NCBI GenBank assembly: GCA_902523495.1
Contig: CABYZU010000003.1
Location: forward strand, 1,036 to 65,035
DNA from: an uncultured Pelagibacteraceae bacterium
GTDB taxonomy: Bacteria; Pseudomonadota; Alphaproteobacteria; Pelagibacterales; Pelagibacteraceae
Length of the DNA stretch: 64,000 bases
Reading direction: 5' to 3'
The position numbers and the translations under genes were made by a program. The notes under the pieces are model-generated. The model was not told where the DNA came from. It did not search any database and worked only from the letters and a program-made list of their open reading frames with translations. Below, one piece after another: positions 49,220 to 59,185 of this stretch. Each line of letters starts with the position of its first letter. Positions within the stretch are counted from its first letter, which is position 1.

Positions 49220-50458
49220 ATGAAAATGAATAAAATAATTTTAAGTTTTATTTCTGCATTAGCGATTTTATTCTCAACTTCAGTTGTATCACTTGCAAAA
49301 GTTGTTGGTGATAAGATTGTGTTAGGTGCAGCTATTTCATTAACTGGTAAATATTCATCTAATGGTGTTCATACTCAAAACGGTTACAACATGGCCGTTG
49401 ATAGAATTAACAGCATGGGCGGAATTAAAGTTGGTGGAAAAACTTATAAGTTTGACATTATTTATTATGATGATGAATCAAACCCAAAAAGAGCAGCACA
49501 ACTTGCAGAAAGACTTATATCACAAGATGGTGTTGAGTTTATGCTTGGACCATATAGTTCAGGATTAACTAAAGCAATAGCTCCGGTGACTGAAAAGTAT
49601 GGTGTTCCAATGGTGGAAGCAAACGGTGCATCTAGATCTTTGTTTACAAAAGGTTACAAATATCTATTTGCAGTATTAGCTCCTGCTAATTTATATCTTG
49701 ATGTTGCTATTGATCTAGCAGTTGAAAAGAATAACGGAAAAGGTGTTACAGTTGCAATGGCATTTGAACAAGACGCATTTTCTCAAGATGTAAGACTTGG
49801 AGTTTTAGATGCAATTAAAAGAACAGGCTCTAAAAAAGTAATTGACGACAAATTGCCAAAAGAGCTAAACGATATGGCAGCGACTTTAGTAAAAGTGAAA
49901 CAAATGAAACCAGATGTTTTAGTGGTTTCAGGCCATACAAAAGGTGCATTAACTGCTATCAGACAAATATCTGAGATGAAAGTAGATGTTCCAATGTTAG
50001 CTATGACACACTGTGATGCAGCTAAGTTATCAAAGCAACATGGAAAAAACTCACAATATGCTTTATGTGCTTCTCAGTGGCATAAAACACTTACTTATAA
50101 AGACGACTTCTTTAAAGATGGTATAACTTATGACGCAGACTTTACTAAAGAGTTTGGTTATGCGCCCCCATATCAAGCAGCGGAGTCATCAGCTGCTTTA
50201 TTGGTATTTAAAGATGCATTTGAAAGAGCAAATTCTTTTGATCAAAAGAAAGTAAGAGATGCTCTTGCAGCCACAAACATGCAAACCTTTTATGGAAATA
50301 TAAAGTTTGCTGAAGGTGGTCAGAATGTTGATAAACCAATGGTACTTTTTCAAGTAATGTGTGATGATGCAGGAAAATGTGAAAATAAAGTTGTTGCTCC
50401 AACTAAATGGGCATCAGCTAAGTTAATTCACCCAATTCCTTCATGGTCTAAAAGATAA
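49220..50458 (+). CDS. HAAT (branched-chain amino acid type) ABC transporter substrate-binding protein
   Basis: Signal peptide, SLTG, YDDES, LGPYSS. Confidence 0.9.
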   Translation: MKMNKIILSFISALAILFSTSVVSLAKVVGDKIVLGAAISLTGKYSSNGVHTQNGYNMAVDRINSMGGIKVGGKTYKFDIIYYDDESNPKRAAQLAERLISQDGVEFMLGPYSSGLTKAIAPVTEKYGVPMVEANGASRSLFTKGYKYLFAVLAPANLYLDVAIDLAVEKNNGKGVTVAMAFEQDAFSQDVRLGVLDAIKRTGSKKVIDDKLPKELNDMAATLVKVKQMKPDVLVVSGHTKGALTAIRQISEMKVDVPMLAMTHCDAAKLSKQHGKNSQYALCASQWHKTLTYKDDFFKDGITYDADFTKEFGYAPPYQAAESSAALLVFKDAFERANSFDQKKVRDALAATNMQTFYGNIKFAEGGQNVDKPMVLFQVMCDDAGKCENKVVAPTKWASAKLIHPIPSWSKR

Positions 50459-50470
50459 AAACAAATCTAT

Positions 50471-50510
50471 AAATACCCCCTGAGAAATTATATTTAGGGG
50501 GTATTTTTTT
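50471..50510 (+). terminator. Intrinsic terminator or stabilising hairpin after the SBP gene
   Basis: aaataccccct...agggggtattt followed by a T-run. Confidence 0.75.
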
Positions 50511-50522
50511 AAGGGTTTCATT

Positions 50523-51416
50523 ATGGATTTCATGGTCTTCCAATATCCAATGATTTCTGTTCAAGCTTGTTTGGATGGAGTTTTACTTGGAATTTTATTT
50601 GCATTGATTGCATATGGTATGGCACTTCAATGGGGAGTAATGAATATAATTAATATTGCTCAAGGAGATCTTGTTATATTAGGTGGATACATTGCTTACT
50701 TCATGTATTTATACGGTATTCATCCAGCTTGGGGAGTAATTGTTGCTCCAGTAGTAATGTATTTTGTTGGTATAGCAATTTACAAACTCGTGATCAATAA
50801 AGTGGTAGATAGAGATTTATTTATCTCAATTTTGGCGACTTTTGGAATAAGTATTCTATTCATGCAATTAATGAACTTCGCATTTGGAGCAGATGTTGTT
50901 CTTGCGAATTCAGATTACGGAACAACTATGTTATTTAATAATAATGTTGTGTTACCAAACTCAAAAATATTTTCAGCATTCATAAGTATTTTATTCGCGA
51001 TTTGTTTAGTTATTTATATGAAAAAATCTAAACTTGGCCGTGCGATCCGAGCTACTGCACAAAATGCAAGAGCAGCAAAGATTTTAGGTGTAGATACAGA
51101 AAAAGTTTATGCAGCTACCTTCGGTATTAATGCAGCTCTTTGTGGTGTTGCTGGGGCATTGATTTCTATTACTTTTACAATTCATCCTTATATGGGACTT
51201 CCATACACAATTAGATCATTCATGATTGTTATTGTTGCAGGATTAGGAAACTTACCGGGTGTTGCAATGTCAGGGATGGGCTTAGGTGTATTTGAAGAAT
51301 TTGCAGATTATATACTGGGCACAGAATTTAGAATTGGGTCAGTATTTTTATTGTTAGTTTTAATACTTGTTTATAGAAGATTTAAACTTTCAAGAAAAAG
51401 AGAGTATTTAAAATGA
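50523..51416 (+). CDS. livH: HAAT ABC permease (LivH-like)
   Basis: GVMNIINIAQG, GRAIRATAQN. Confidence 0.85.
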   Translation: MDFMVFQYPMISVQACLDGVLLGILFALIAYGMALQWGVMNIINIAQGDLVILGGYIAYFMYLYGIHPAWGVIVAPVVMYFVGIAIYKLVINKVVDRDLFISILATFGISILFMQLMNFAFGADVVLANSDYGTTMLFNNNVVLPNSKIFSAFISILFAICLVIYMKKSKLGRAIRATAQNARAAKILGVDTEKVYAATFGINAALCGVAGALISITFTIHPYMGLPYTIRSFMIVIVAGLGNLPGVAMSGMGLGVFEEFADYILGTEFRIGSVFLLLVLILVYRRFKLSRKREYLK

Positions 51417-52471
51417 GTATTACCAAAAATAATTTAATTTTATATATTGGAATATTAATTTTTGGTGTCTCCGCTCCATTTATATTTCCAGCTTTTAAAG
51501 TTCAACTTTCAATTCTTTGTGTTTTAATAGTTTTAGCAACTACATGGAACATCCAAGGTGGTGAAATGGGCTATAATTCTTTTGGTAATATTTTATTTTA
51601 TGGACTTGGGATGTATCTATGTGCCTCAGTGCAAGTTGGAATGTTTTTTCCACTTGCTGAGTGGACAGAGAGTGGAGGTGAAAAAACGTTTGTACATACT
51701 CCCGCACAATTTTTTCAGGGAATGGCTGTTGGATTAATAGTTGCTGCAGTTATACCTGCTATTGTAGCAGGTTTAATTGGATACTCCATTTTAGGACTTA
51801 GAGGACATTATTTTGCAATTTGCACATTAGGATTAGGAGTTGCAGCAGGTGAAATTTCCGGAGGAATTGAAATAATTGGAGCTGGACAGGGTTTCACTAC
51901 TCCACCATTTCCTGATGTAGGAAGTTTAGACTCAAGAGGTGAATTTTTCTATTTCTTAAGTTTTTTTGTTTTGGTGCTTACTTTCATAGCTGTGCGAGGA
52001 ATTTACTCGACTAGATTTAAATTAATTCTAAATGCAATTAGAGATAATGAGGATAAAGCTGAGGCAATGGGAATTGAAACAATGAAGTATAAGATAGTTG
52101 GATGGATGATATCAGCTTTCTTCTGTGGTTTAGCTGGAGGAATTATGGGTGGCTTAGTTGGTTATATTGACTCAACTGATGTTGCTTTTGATGGAAGAGA
52201 GATGGGAGTATTCATGGTTTTAATGGCAATCTTAGGTGGAAAAGGAACTCTATGGGGACCAATAATTGGTGCAACAGTGTTTCATATTTTTAAAGAAGGG
52301 TTTTGGACATTCTTTTTAGGTTGGCAATATGTTGCGCTAGGAGTTTTGATTGTAGTTATCGTTATTTATTTCCCAGAGGGAATAATGGGATGGTTGAGAG
52401 AAAAATACCCCGAAAGATTTGGTGAGGTTGTAGATGAAAAAGATCGTAAAGCACAGGTGGAGCTCAAATGA
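51413..52471 (+). CDS. livM: HAAT ABC permease (LivM-like)
   Basis: LRGHYFAI, AIRDNEDKAEAMGI, LGGKGTLWGP. Confidence 0.85.
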   Translation: MSITKNNLILYIGILIFGVSAPFIFPAFKVQLSILCVLIVLATTWNIQGGEMGYNSFGNILFYGLGMYLCASVQVGMFFPLAEWTESGGEKTFVHTPAQFFQGMAVGLIVAAVIPAIVAGLIGYSILGLRGHYFAICTLGLGVAAGEISGGIEIIGAGQGFTTPPFPDVGSLDSRGEFFYFLSFFVLVLTFIAVRGIYSTRFKLILNAIRDNEDKAEAMGIETMKYKIVGWMISAFFCGLAGGIMGGLVGYIDSTDVAFDGREMGVFMVLMAILGGKGTLWGPIIGATVFHIFKEGFWTFFLGWQYVALGVLIVVIVIYFPEGIMGWLREKYPERFGEVVDEKDRKAQVELK

Positions 52472-53208
52472 GTATTTTAGAAGTTAGCAACGTAAGTAAA
52501 TCATTTGGTGGTGTAAAAGCTAATGTAGATATTTCAATGAATGTTGAAAAAGGGAGAATAGTTGGATTAATTGGTCCCAATGGATCAGGTAAAACAACAC
52601 TGTTTAATTCAATAGTTGGAACGTACCCAATTGATAACGGTTCAATTAAGTTTAATGATAAGGAAGTTTCGGATCTACCAGTTCCAGTTATTGCAAAACT
52701 CGGATTGCTAAGAACTTTTCAACAAACTCGAATTTATGGAAAATTAAATTGTGTAGAAAATATGCTAATCAGCCACAAAGGAAGTGATGAGAGTTTAATG
52801 AAGATTTTTTCAACGATCCCTAAAGATCTTACAGAAAAGGCAGAAAATTTGTTAAATTTTGTGGGTTTGTATCAAAAAAGGAATTTGAGAGCAGGCGATT
52901 TATCTTTTGGACAACAAAAATTACTAGAATTGGCTATGGCATTAATGAATGAGCCAGAAATGTTACTATTAGACGAGCCAACAGCTGGGATTAATCCAAC
53001 ATTAATTAATGGAATTATAGATAGACTAATTAAAGTAAATCAAGATTTCGGAATTACTCTTTTGGTAATTGAACATAATATGAGAGTGATAATGCAATTG
53101 GCAGAAAATATTTTTTGTTTAGCTCATGGAAAGATGCTAGCCAATGGTTCACCAGATGAGATAAAAAGTGACAAACGTGTAATAGATGCGTATCTAGGAG
53201 CTCAATAA
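52468..53208 (+). CDS. livG: HAAT ABC ATPase (LivG-like)
   Basis: GPNGSGKT, RTFQ, LSFGQQ, LDEP, AYLG. Confidence 0.87.
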   Translation: MSILEVSNVSKSFGGVKANVDISMNVEKGRIVGLIGPNGSGKTTLFNSIVGTYPIDNGSIKFNDKEVSDLPVPVIAKLGLLRTFQQTRIYGKLNCVENMLISHKGSDESLMKIFSTIPKDLTEKAENLLNFVGLYQKRNLRAGDLSFGQQKLLELAMALMNEPEMLLLDEPTAGINPTLINGIIDRLIKVNQDFGITLLVIEHNMRVIMQLAENIFCLAHGKMLANGSPDEIKSDKRVIDAYLGAQ

Positions 53209-53993
53209 TGACAAATCAGTATGAGGTTTTAGGAAAAGCTCCAACAGCAGAGGAGCTAAAAAATTTAGCTCCAGATGAAATTCATTTAACAATCAAAAAT
53301 TTAAATGCTGGTTATGGCAAAATGGAAATACTTCATAACTTTGATTTATTCGTAAAAAAAGCTCAGTCCTTATGTTTGATTGGACCAAATGGTGCGGGTA
53401 AATCAACAATTCTTCATTCAATATACGGATTTACAAATATTTTTTCAGGCCAGATTGAATTAGATGGAGAAGAAATTACAAATCTTACACCAGCTGAAAA
53501 ATTAAAATCAGTTGGGATCGCATACATACTTCAAGATAATTCAGTGTTCCCTGACATGACAGTTGAAGAAAACTTATTAATGGGTGGATATATCAAAGAA
53601 AATACAGATGAGTCTTATCAAGAGGCAGAGAGAATATTTGAAAAATATGAAAGATTAAGAAATAGAAGAAATCAACCTGCTAAAGTATTATCTGGTGGAG
53701 AGAGACGTTTACTAGAAATTTCTAGAGCTTTAGTAATGAAACCTTCTGTACTACTAGTCGATGAACCATCAATTGGATTGGAGCCAAGATATATTGAAAT
53801 GGTATTTGAAATTTTAAGAGATCTTCAGGAGAATGAAAAAAAAACAATAATCTTAGTTGAGCAGAATGCAAAAAAAGGACTTGAGTTTGCTGATATTGGC
53901 TATGTTTTAGTCTCTGGTCAAACAGCAATTGCTGGTAAAGGTGATGATCTTTTAAGTAATCCAGATGTGGGTCGCCTTTTTCTAGGTGGTTAA
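53208..53993 (+). CDS. livF: HAAT ABC ATPase (LivF-like)
   Basis: GPNGAGKS, LSGGE, DEPS, VEQN. Confidence 0.87.
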   Translation: MTNQYEVLGKAPTAEELKNLAPDEIHLTIKNLNAGYGKMEILHNFDLFVKKAQSLCLIGPNGAGKSTILHSIYGFTNIFSGQIELDGEEITNLTPAEKLKSVGIAYILQDNSVFPDMTVEENLLMGGYIKENTDESYQEAERIFEKYERLRNRRNQPAKVLSGGERRLLEISRALVMKPSVLLVDEPSIGLEPRYIEMVFEILRDLQENEKKTIILVEQNAKKGLEFADIGYVLVSGQTAIAGKGDDLLSNPDVGRLFLGG

Positions 53994-54697
53994 TGATCGA
54001 TACAAAATATTTTTTTAAGGGTTTTAAATCAATAAAAGGTGTAGGAAGTCCAGCTATTGCTTTAGCAGCTAGTTTTGTTGCAATTGGAGCATTATTAAAA
54101 AGTTTGGGTTTCACAGTTGGGGAAAGCATTTTTTCTACTTTTTTAACTTATGCTTTACCTGGATCGTTAGTGATGGCTGAATCAATGTTAATTGGTGCAT
54201 CATTGATAAATATTTTTTTAGCTGTTTGGTTGGTTAATGCAAGATTATACCCAATGACAGTGGCTCTAATGCCTTTACTGATTCATGAAAACCAACCTAA
54301 ATGGAAATATTATTTATCATGTCACTTCATTGCTGTCTCCTCTTGGCTTATTATGAAAGACAATTATGAAGTAATTGAAAAAGAAAATAGGATAGATTTT
54401 TGGATAGGCATTGGTACAGCAACATGGTCAGTTGCAATATTAGCAACAGTTGTTGGCTTTATAGCATCTGATTTTCTTAATAAAGATACTCTTATTGGTT
54501 TAGCTATAATTAATCCAATCTATTTTACTTGCATGATGTTAAGTGCAATGAAAACTATTCAAATATCTTTATCAGTTACTTTAGGAGCGATTATAGGACC
54601 GATGTTTTATTTCTTATCTCCTGAATGGTGCATTTTATTTGGTGGTTTTTTTGCAGGTACAATTGCTTTTTTAATTGGAGAAAAGAATGGCAAATAA
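53993..54697 (+). CDS. azlC: AzlC family branched-chain amino acid exporter permease
   Basis: Multi-TM, LVNAR motif; followed by azlD. Confidence 0.8.
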   Translation: MIDTKYFFKGFKSIKGVGSPAIALAASFVAIGALLKSLGFTVGESIFSTFLTYALPGSLVMAESMLIGASLINIFLAVWLVNARLYPMTVALMPLLIHENQPKWKYYLSCHFIAVSSWLIMKDNYEVIEKENRIDFWIGIGTATWSVAILATVVGFIASDFLNKDTLIGLAIINPIYFTCMMLSAMKTIQISLSVTLGAIIGPMFYFLSPEWCILFGGFFAGTIAFLIGEKNGK

Positions 54698-55010
54698 TAT
54701 TATAATTGTGATTATAGTCACATCTTTAGCAACATATCTTTCCAGATTCTTGGGCGTTATAAGTGCGGAAAAAATAAAAGAAACTTCAAAAATGTTTAGA
54801 TGGTTCAATTGTCTCGCATACTCAACTTTGGCAGCACTTATTGCACGAATGATAATTTTTCCATCAGGGTCATTAAATGAAGTGGATTACTTTATAAGAT
54901 TTATAGTTGTCTTTTTAGCTGTAATTATTTTTTATCTTACTAGAAAAAATTTAGTTTACCCAACACTTTTCTCTGGTATCATATTATCACTTTTTAATTT
55001 TTATTTATGA
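54687..55010 (+). CDS. azlD: AzlD family small membrane subunit
   Basis: ATYLSRFLG; GGAG RBS before the ATG at 54687. Confidence 0.78.
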   Translation: MANNIIIVIIVTSLATYLSRFLGVISAEKIKETSKMFRWFNCLAYSTLAALIARMIIFPSGSLNEVDYFIRFIVVFLAVIIFYLTRKNLVYPTLFSGIILSLFNFYL

Positions 55011-55918
55011 TCGAAAAAATTGATGGTTTTGAAATTGGTTTAAACGATAAATCCCCTAGGATAATAAATATTGACATAAGTGAAGGAATTTTAAATAAGC
55101 TTATATTCCCATTTAATAAATTTGACATTACAGCTTTAGAGTACAAGCCTTTCACTAGATTTACCATTGCTAAAAGTTTGGATGATTTAAGTGAAAATAA
55201 ATTATCTAAATATATAAATAAAATTATTCGAGATAGAAATACAGGTTGTTTTATAATTAAACCAAAAAACCTAATCTCTAAAATAGATAATAATTTTTTG
55301 ATAAAACTTTCTACAGCAGTGGCGCACTTAATTGGTGTACCTAATCATGATGCTATGGCTGGAAAATATTATGCAAGGTTTCATGTTAAACATCAGGACA
55401 AAAGTGACTCTTATCTTAGAAAAGCTTATACAAATATGGATTTACACACTGATGGTACTTATGTAAAAGAAAAGACTGATTGGTTATTGATGTCAAAATT
55501 AGAGGAAAAAAATGTAGAAGGTGGAGAATCAGCCATGCTACATCTTGATGATTGGGAGCATTGCGATGAATTATTTAACGATCCATGTGCAAAGGAGAAT
55601 TTTATTTGGGGGTCCCCTAAAAGTAAAAATATTGACTATAAGGTTGAGCATCCAGTCTTTTCATCTGATAAAAATGGTAGAGCCCAAATTTCGTATATTG
55701 ATCAATTTCCTGAACCAAAAAACATGAGACAAGGAGTTTTTTTACAAAAATTGTCTGATAGTCTAGAGGAAAGTAATCATAGGATCATCACAAGATTACC
55801 AGTAGGTTCTTCAGTAATAGCAAATAATTATTTTTGGCTTCACGGAAGAAGGCCTTTTAAGGAAAATAAAGACTTGAGTAGAGAACTTTTGAGAATTAGA
55901 GGGTCTTTTTTTAATTAA
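55007..55918 (+). CDS. csiD: Glutarate 2-hydroxylase CsiD/GlaH (Fe(II)/2-oxoglutarate dioxygenase)
   Basis: ALEYKPFTRF, GKYYARF, SDSYLR, LHTDG (HxD), NNYFWLHGR, RELLRIRG. Confidence 0.88.
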   Translation: MIEKIDGFEIGLNDKSPRIINIDISEGILNKLIFPFNKFDITALEYKPFTRFTIAKSLDDLSENKLSKYINKIIRDRNTGCFIIKPKNLISKIDNNFLIKLSTAVAHLIGVPNHDAMAGKYYARFHVKHQDKSDSYLRKAYTNMDLHTDGTYVKEKTDWLLMSKLEEKNVEGGESAMLHLDDWEHCDELFNDPCAKENFIWGSPKSKNIDYKVEHPVFSSDKNGRAQISYIDQFPEPKNMRQGVFLQKLSDSLEESNHRIITRLPVGSSVIANNYFWLHGRRPFKENKDLSRELLRIRGSFFN

Positions 55919-56166
55919 AGACTGGTAGAATCAAAGATTAATAATTTATAGTTTAATTTTTTATAATCTAATATTAATATACAACCTTTAGTATTGAAGT
56001 CATTTACAACTAAAAAAATCATATATTTCAACATATTTTTAGTGATAATTTTGCAACAATAATCAAAAACATGAAATTACAAAAAAATTATTTTTCTAAT
56101 TAATCTCATTTATGCTAAAGATTCGGTTGTATATACAAAGTTTAATATTAAACAAAGGGACAAATA

Positions 56167-56829
56167 ATGAAGAAAATTTTTGCTATTCTCGCTGCCTTAT
56201 TTTTTTCTACATCCGCATATGCTGTTGATTTATCTAGTTTCTCAGGCTCAATTGGGTTAACGGGTAACTACGGTTTATATGGTGCTGATGGTAAAGAAGA
56301 AAATACAAATTCAAGTGGTGTGCTAGAGAGAACTACAAAAAAAGATGGAGCTGCATTCGTTGATGGATATGCCTCAGTCTTTGCAGAGCTTAATTTTAAT
56401 GATAATTTTGCCTTAGGTATTGATTATGTTTTAGGCGAAGTAGACACTCCTAAAAACATAAACAGTGGTGAAGGTGGTGATGATACAACTGATATTGAAG
56501 TTGAAGCAGCATTTGAAGAGTTAACAACAATTTATGCTTTACTAAAGTCAGACATTGGTGTTTACGCCAAAATTGGTTTTTCAACAATGGATATTGATGT
56601 AACTTCAAAAAATGCAGGAACTTACGCGGATCCAGGAAACACTGATGGTGAACAATATGCTATAGGTTATGAGCATGAGGCAGATAACGGTGTTGGTATA
56701 CGAGCTGAATTAGCTTATCATGAATTTGATAGTGTATCAGCAAATAACGGTGCAACTGATAAGAACACTATAACAGTTACCAATATGCGTGGTGCTACTG
56801 CTAGATTATCATTAGTTAAATCATTTTAA
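56167..56829 (+). CDS. Small outer-membrane beta-barrel protein
   Basis: Signal peptide (AYA), alternating beta strands (VYAKIG, GIRAEL), C-terminal Phe. Confidence 0.75.
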   Translation: MKKIFAILAALFFSTSAYAVDLSSFSGSIGLTGNYGLYGADGKEENTNSSGVLERTTKKDGAAFVDGYASVFAELNFNDNFALGIDYVLGEVDTPKNINSGEGGDDTTDIEVEAAFEELTTIYALLKSDIGVYAKIGFSTMDIDVTSKNAGTYADPGNTDGEQYAIGYEHEADNGVGIRAELAYHEFDSVSANNGATDKNTITVTNMRGATARLSLVKSF

Positions 56830-56852
56830 TTAATTTTTTTAACTTAAAATTT

Positions 56853-56883
56853 AAAAGGCTGGGTTAAACCCAGCCTTTTTTTT
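56853..56883 (+). terminator. Rho-independent terminator
   Basis: aaaaggctgggt-taa-acccagcctttt plus T-run. Confidence 0.9.
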
Positions 56884-56918
56884 GTTCAAATAAACTCTTC
56901 TATAATGTAATTTAAACT

Positions 56919-57677
56919 ATGAAATTAGGATTTATAGGAACCGGTAATATTGTCACAGATGTTATTACTGGAATATGTAAATCAAAAATTTCTTACAAAA
57001 AAATATTTATTTCTCCAAGAAATAAAAAAAAATCCCAATATTTAAAAAAAAAATTTAAGAAGATAATAATTGCTAAAGACAATCAAGCTGTGATTGACAA
57101 TTCAGATTTAATTTTCCTTGGTGTTTTACCTAGTGTTGGCGAGAGTATATTAGCAAAATTGAATTTTAAAAAAAAACAAACAGTTGTCAGTTTTATGTCT
57201 ACGACAAATTACTTGAAATTAAAAAAATTGATTAAAAAAAAAATAATTATCATAAGAGCTATACCAATGCCTCCAATTAGACTTGGTAAAGGCCCTGTAG
57301 CAATATTTCCTCCTAATAAAAAGGTAAAAAGTTTTTTTGATAAAATTGGCACAACAATTGAAATTAAAAATGAAAAATTATCTAAAAACTTTTGGACTGT
57401 CTCTGGAACTATGGCTTCGTTTTATGAATTATTAGCTGTTTTATCAAATTGGTTGATTAGAAAAAAAATTAATAAATTAGACGCTCAAAAATACGTAACT
57501 TCGTTATATTCAGCTTTAGCCGAGCTAGCACTTTTAAATTCAAAGAAACCCTTAAAAAATTTAGTTAATGAACAAACTCCGGGCGGTCTCAATTGGCAAG
57601 GTGTTAATGAATTGAGGAAATCAGGCTATTATAGATTATTGGAAAAATCACTTAGAAAGATTTATAAGAGATTATAA
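56919..57677 (+). CDS. proC: Pyrroline-5-carboxylate reductase family protein
   Basis: LGFIGTGNI, RAIPMP, TPGGLN. Confidence 0.8.
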   Translation: MKLGFIGTGNIVTDVITGICKSKISYKKIFISPRNKKKSQYLKKKFKKIIIAKDNQAVIDNSDLIFLGVLPSVGESILAKLNFKKKQTVVSFMSTTNYLKLKKLIKKKIIIIRAIPMPPIRLGKGPVAIFPPNKKVKSFFDKIGTTIEIKNEKLSKNFWTVSGTMASFYELLAVLSNWLIRKKINKLDAQKYVTSLYSALAELALLNSKKPLKNLVNEQTPGGLNWQGVNELRKSGYYRLLEKSLRKIYKRL

Positions 57678-57689
57678 TCTTATTAAGGA

Positions 57690-58475
57690 ATGCAACATAA
57701 CATTTTAGAAATTAAAAACTTATCAAAATATTTTGGTGGATTGGCTGCAGTATCTAATTGTTCACTAAAGGTAAAGAAAGGTACAATAACTGGTATAATA
57801 GGTCCTAATGGCTCAGGTAAGACTACCTTATTCAATTTAATTGCAGGAAATCTAAAATCATCTGCAGGTCATGTTTTATTCGACAATGAAAATATTACCA
57901 ATTTACCATCCTATGAATTATTTTCTAAAGGACTCCTAAGAACTTTTCAAATTGCACATGAATTTACAAATTTATCAGTATTAGAAAATTTAATGATGGT
58001 ACCAGGTAATCAATCTGGAGAAAAATTAATGAATGCTTTACTTAAGCCCTCTTTAGTAGCAAAAGAGGAATATCAGATTAAAGAAAAAGCCTTAGAAGTC
58101 GTTAATTTTTTAAATTTAGATCACTTAAAAAACGAATTAGCAGGAAATTTGTCGGGGGGTCAAAAGAAGCTGCTAGAATTAGGTCGCACAATGATGGTTG
58201 ACGCTAAATTAGTTTTATTAGACGAAGTAGGAGCTGGTGTTAATCGAACATTGTTAAAAGATCTAGGATCAGCTATTGAAAAATTAAATAAAGAGAAGGG
58301 TTATACTTTTTGTATGATCGAGCATGACATGGATTTCATTGGAAGATTATGTGATCCAGTAATCGTTATGGCAGAAGGATCTGTTTTATTTCAAGGTTCT
58401 GTAGAAGATGCAAAAAAAGATGAAAGAGTAATTGAAAGCTATTTAGGAAGAGGTTCAAAGCTAAAAGATAATTAA
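57690..58475 (+). CDS. livG: HAAT ABC ATPase (LivG-like), second system
   Basis: GPNGSGKT, RTFQ, LSGGQ, IEHDM. Confidence 0.85.
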   Translation: MQHNILEIKNLSKYFGGLAAVSNCSLKVKKGTITGIIGPNGSGKTTLFNLIAGNLKSSAGHVLFDNENITNLPSYELFSKGLLRTFQIAHEFTNLSVLENLMMVPGNQSGEKLMNALLKPSLVAKEEYQIKEKALEVVNFLNLDHLKNELAGNLSGGQKKLLELGRTMMVDAKLVLLDEVGAGVNRTLLKDLGSAIEKLNKEKGYTFCMIEHDMDFIGRLCDPVIVMAEGSVLFQGSVEDAKKDERVIESYLGRGSKLKDN

Positions 58476-58477
58476 CT

Positions 58478-59185
58478 ATGGCATTTTTTGAAGGAAATAA
58501 TATGACAGGTGGATACGGCAAGGGTCCTGATATAATTAATTCATGTACTGTTAATGTTGAAAGAGGAGAAATAGTATCCATTCTTGGACCAAATGGCGCT
58601 GGAAAATCTACCGCAATGAAAGCAATGTTAGGTTTATTAAATCTAAAATCAGGTTCTGTAATTATTAATGGCAAAGATATTTCAAAACTTTCTCCACAAG
58701 ATAGAGTTAAAGAAGGAATTTCATTTGTACCTCAAACAAAAAATGTATTTGCAGGGATGACAGTTGAGGAAAATCTAGAGATGGGAGCTTTTCTAATTAA
58801 TCAAGATTATACAAAAGTAATTGACGAAATTTATAATCTTTTTCCTATTTTGACCGAAAAAAGAAAACAATTTGTGGGAGAATTATCGGGAGGTCAAAGA
58901 CAACAAGTTGCTTTGGGAAGAGCCCTTATGATCAAACCTACAGTGCTAATGTTAGATGAGCCAACTGCAGGAGTTTCTCCAATTGTAATGGATGAGCTTT
59001 TTGATCATATCATTAAGGTAAAAAAGACGAATGTTGCAATTATAATGGTTGAGCAGAATGCTAAACAAGCTCTTAATATTTCTGATAGAGGATATGTATT
59101 AGTCACTGGTGAAAATCGTTTTTCAGGGACTGGAAAAGAATTACTAAACGATCCAAGAGTAAGAAGCTCTTTTTTAGGTGGTTAA
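58478..59185 (+). CDS. livF: HAAT ABC ATPase (LivF-like), second system
   Basis: GPNGAGKS, LSGGQRQ, LDEP, VEQN. Confidence 0.85.
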   Translation: MAFFEGNNMTGGYGKGPDIINSCTVNVERGEIVSILGPNGAGKSTAMKAMLGLLNLKSGSVIINGKDISKLSPQDRVKEGISFVPQTKNVFAGMTVEENLEMGAFLINQDYTKVIDEIYNLFPILTEKRKQFVGELSGGQRQQVALGRALMIKPTVLMLDEPTAGVSPIVMDELFDHIIKVKKTNVAIIMVEQNAKQALNISDRGYVLVTGENRFSGTGKELLNDPRVRSSFLGG

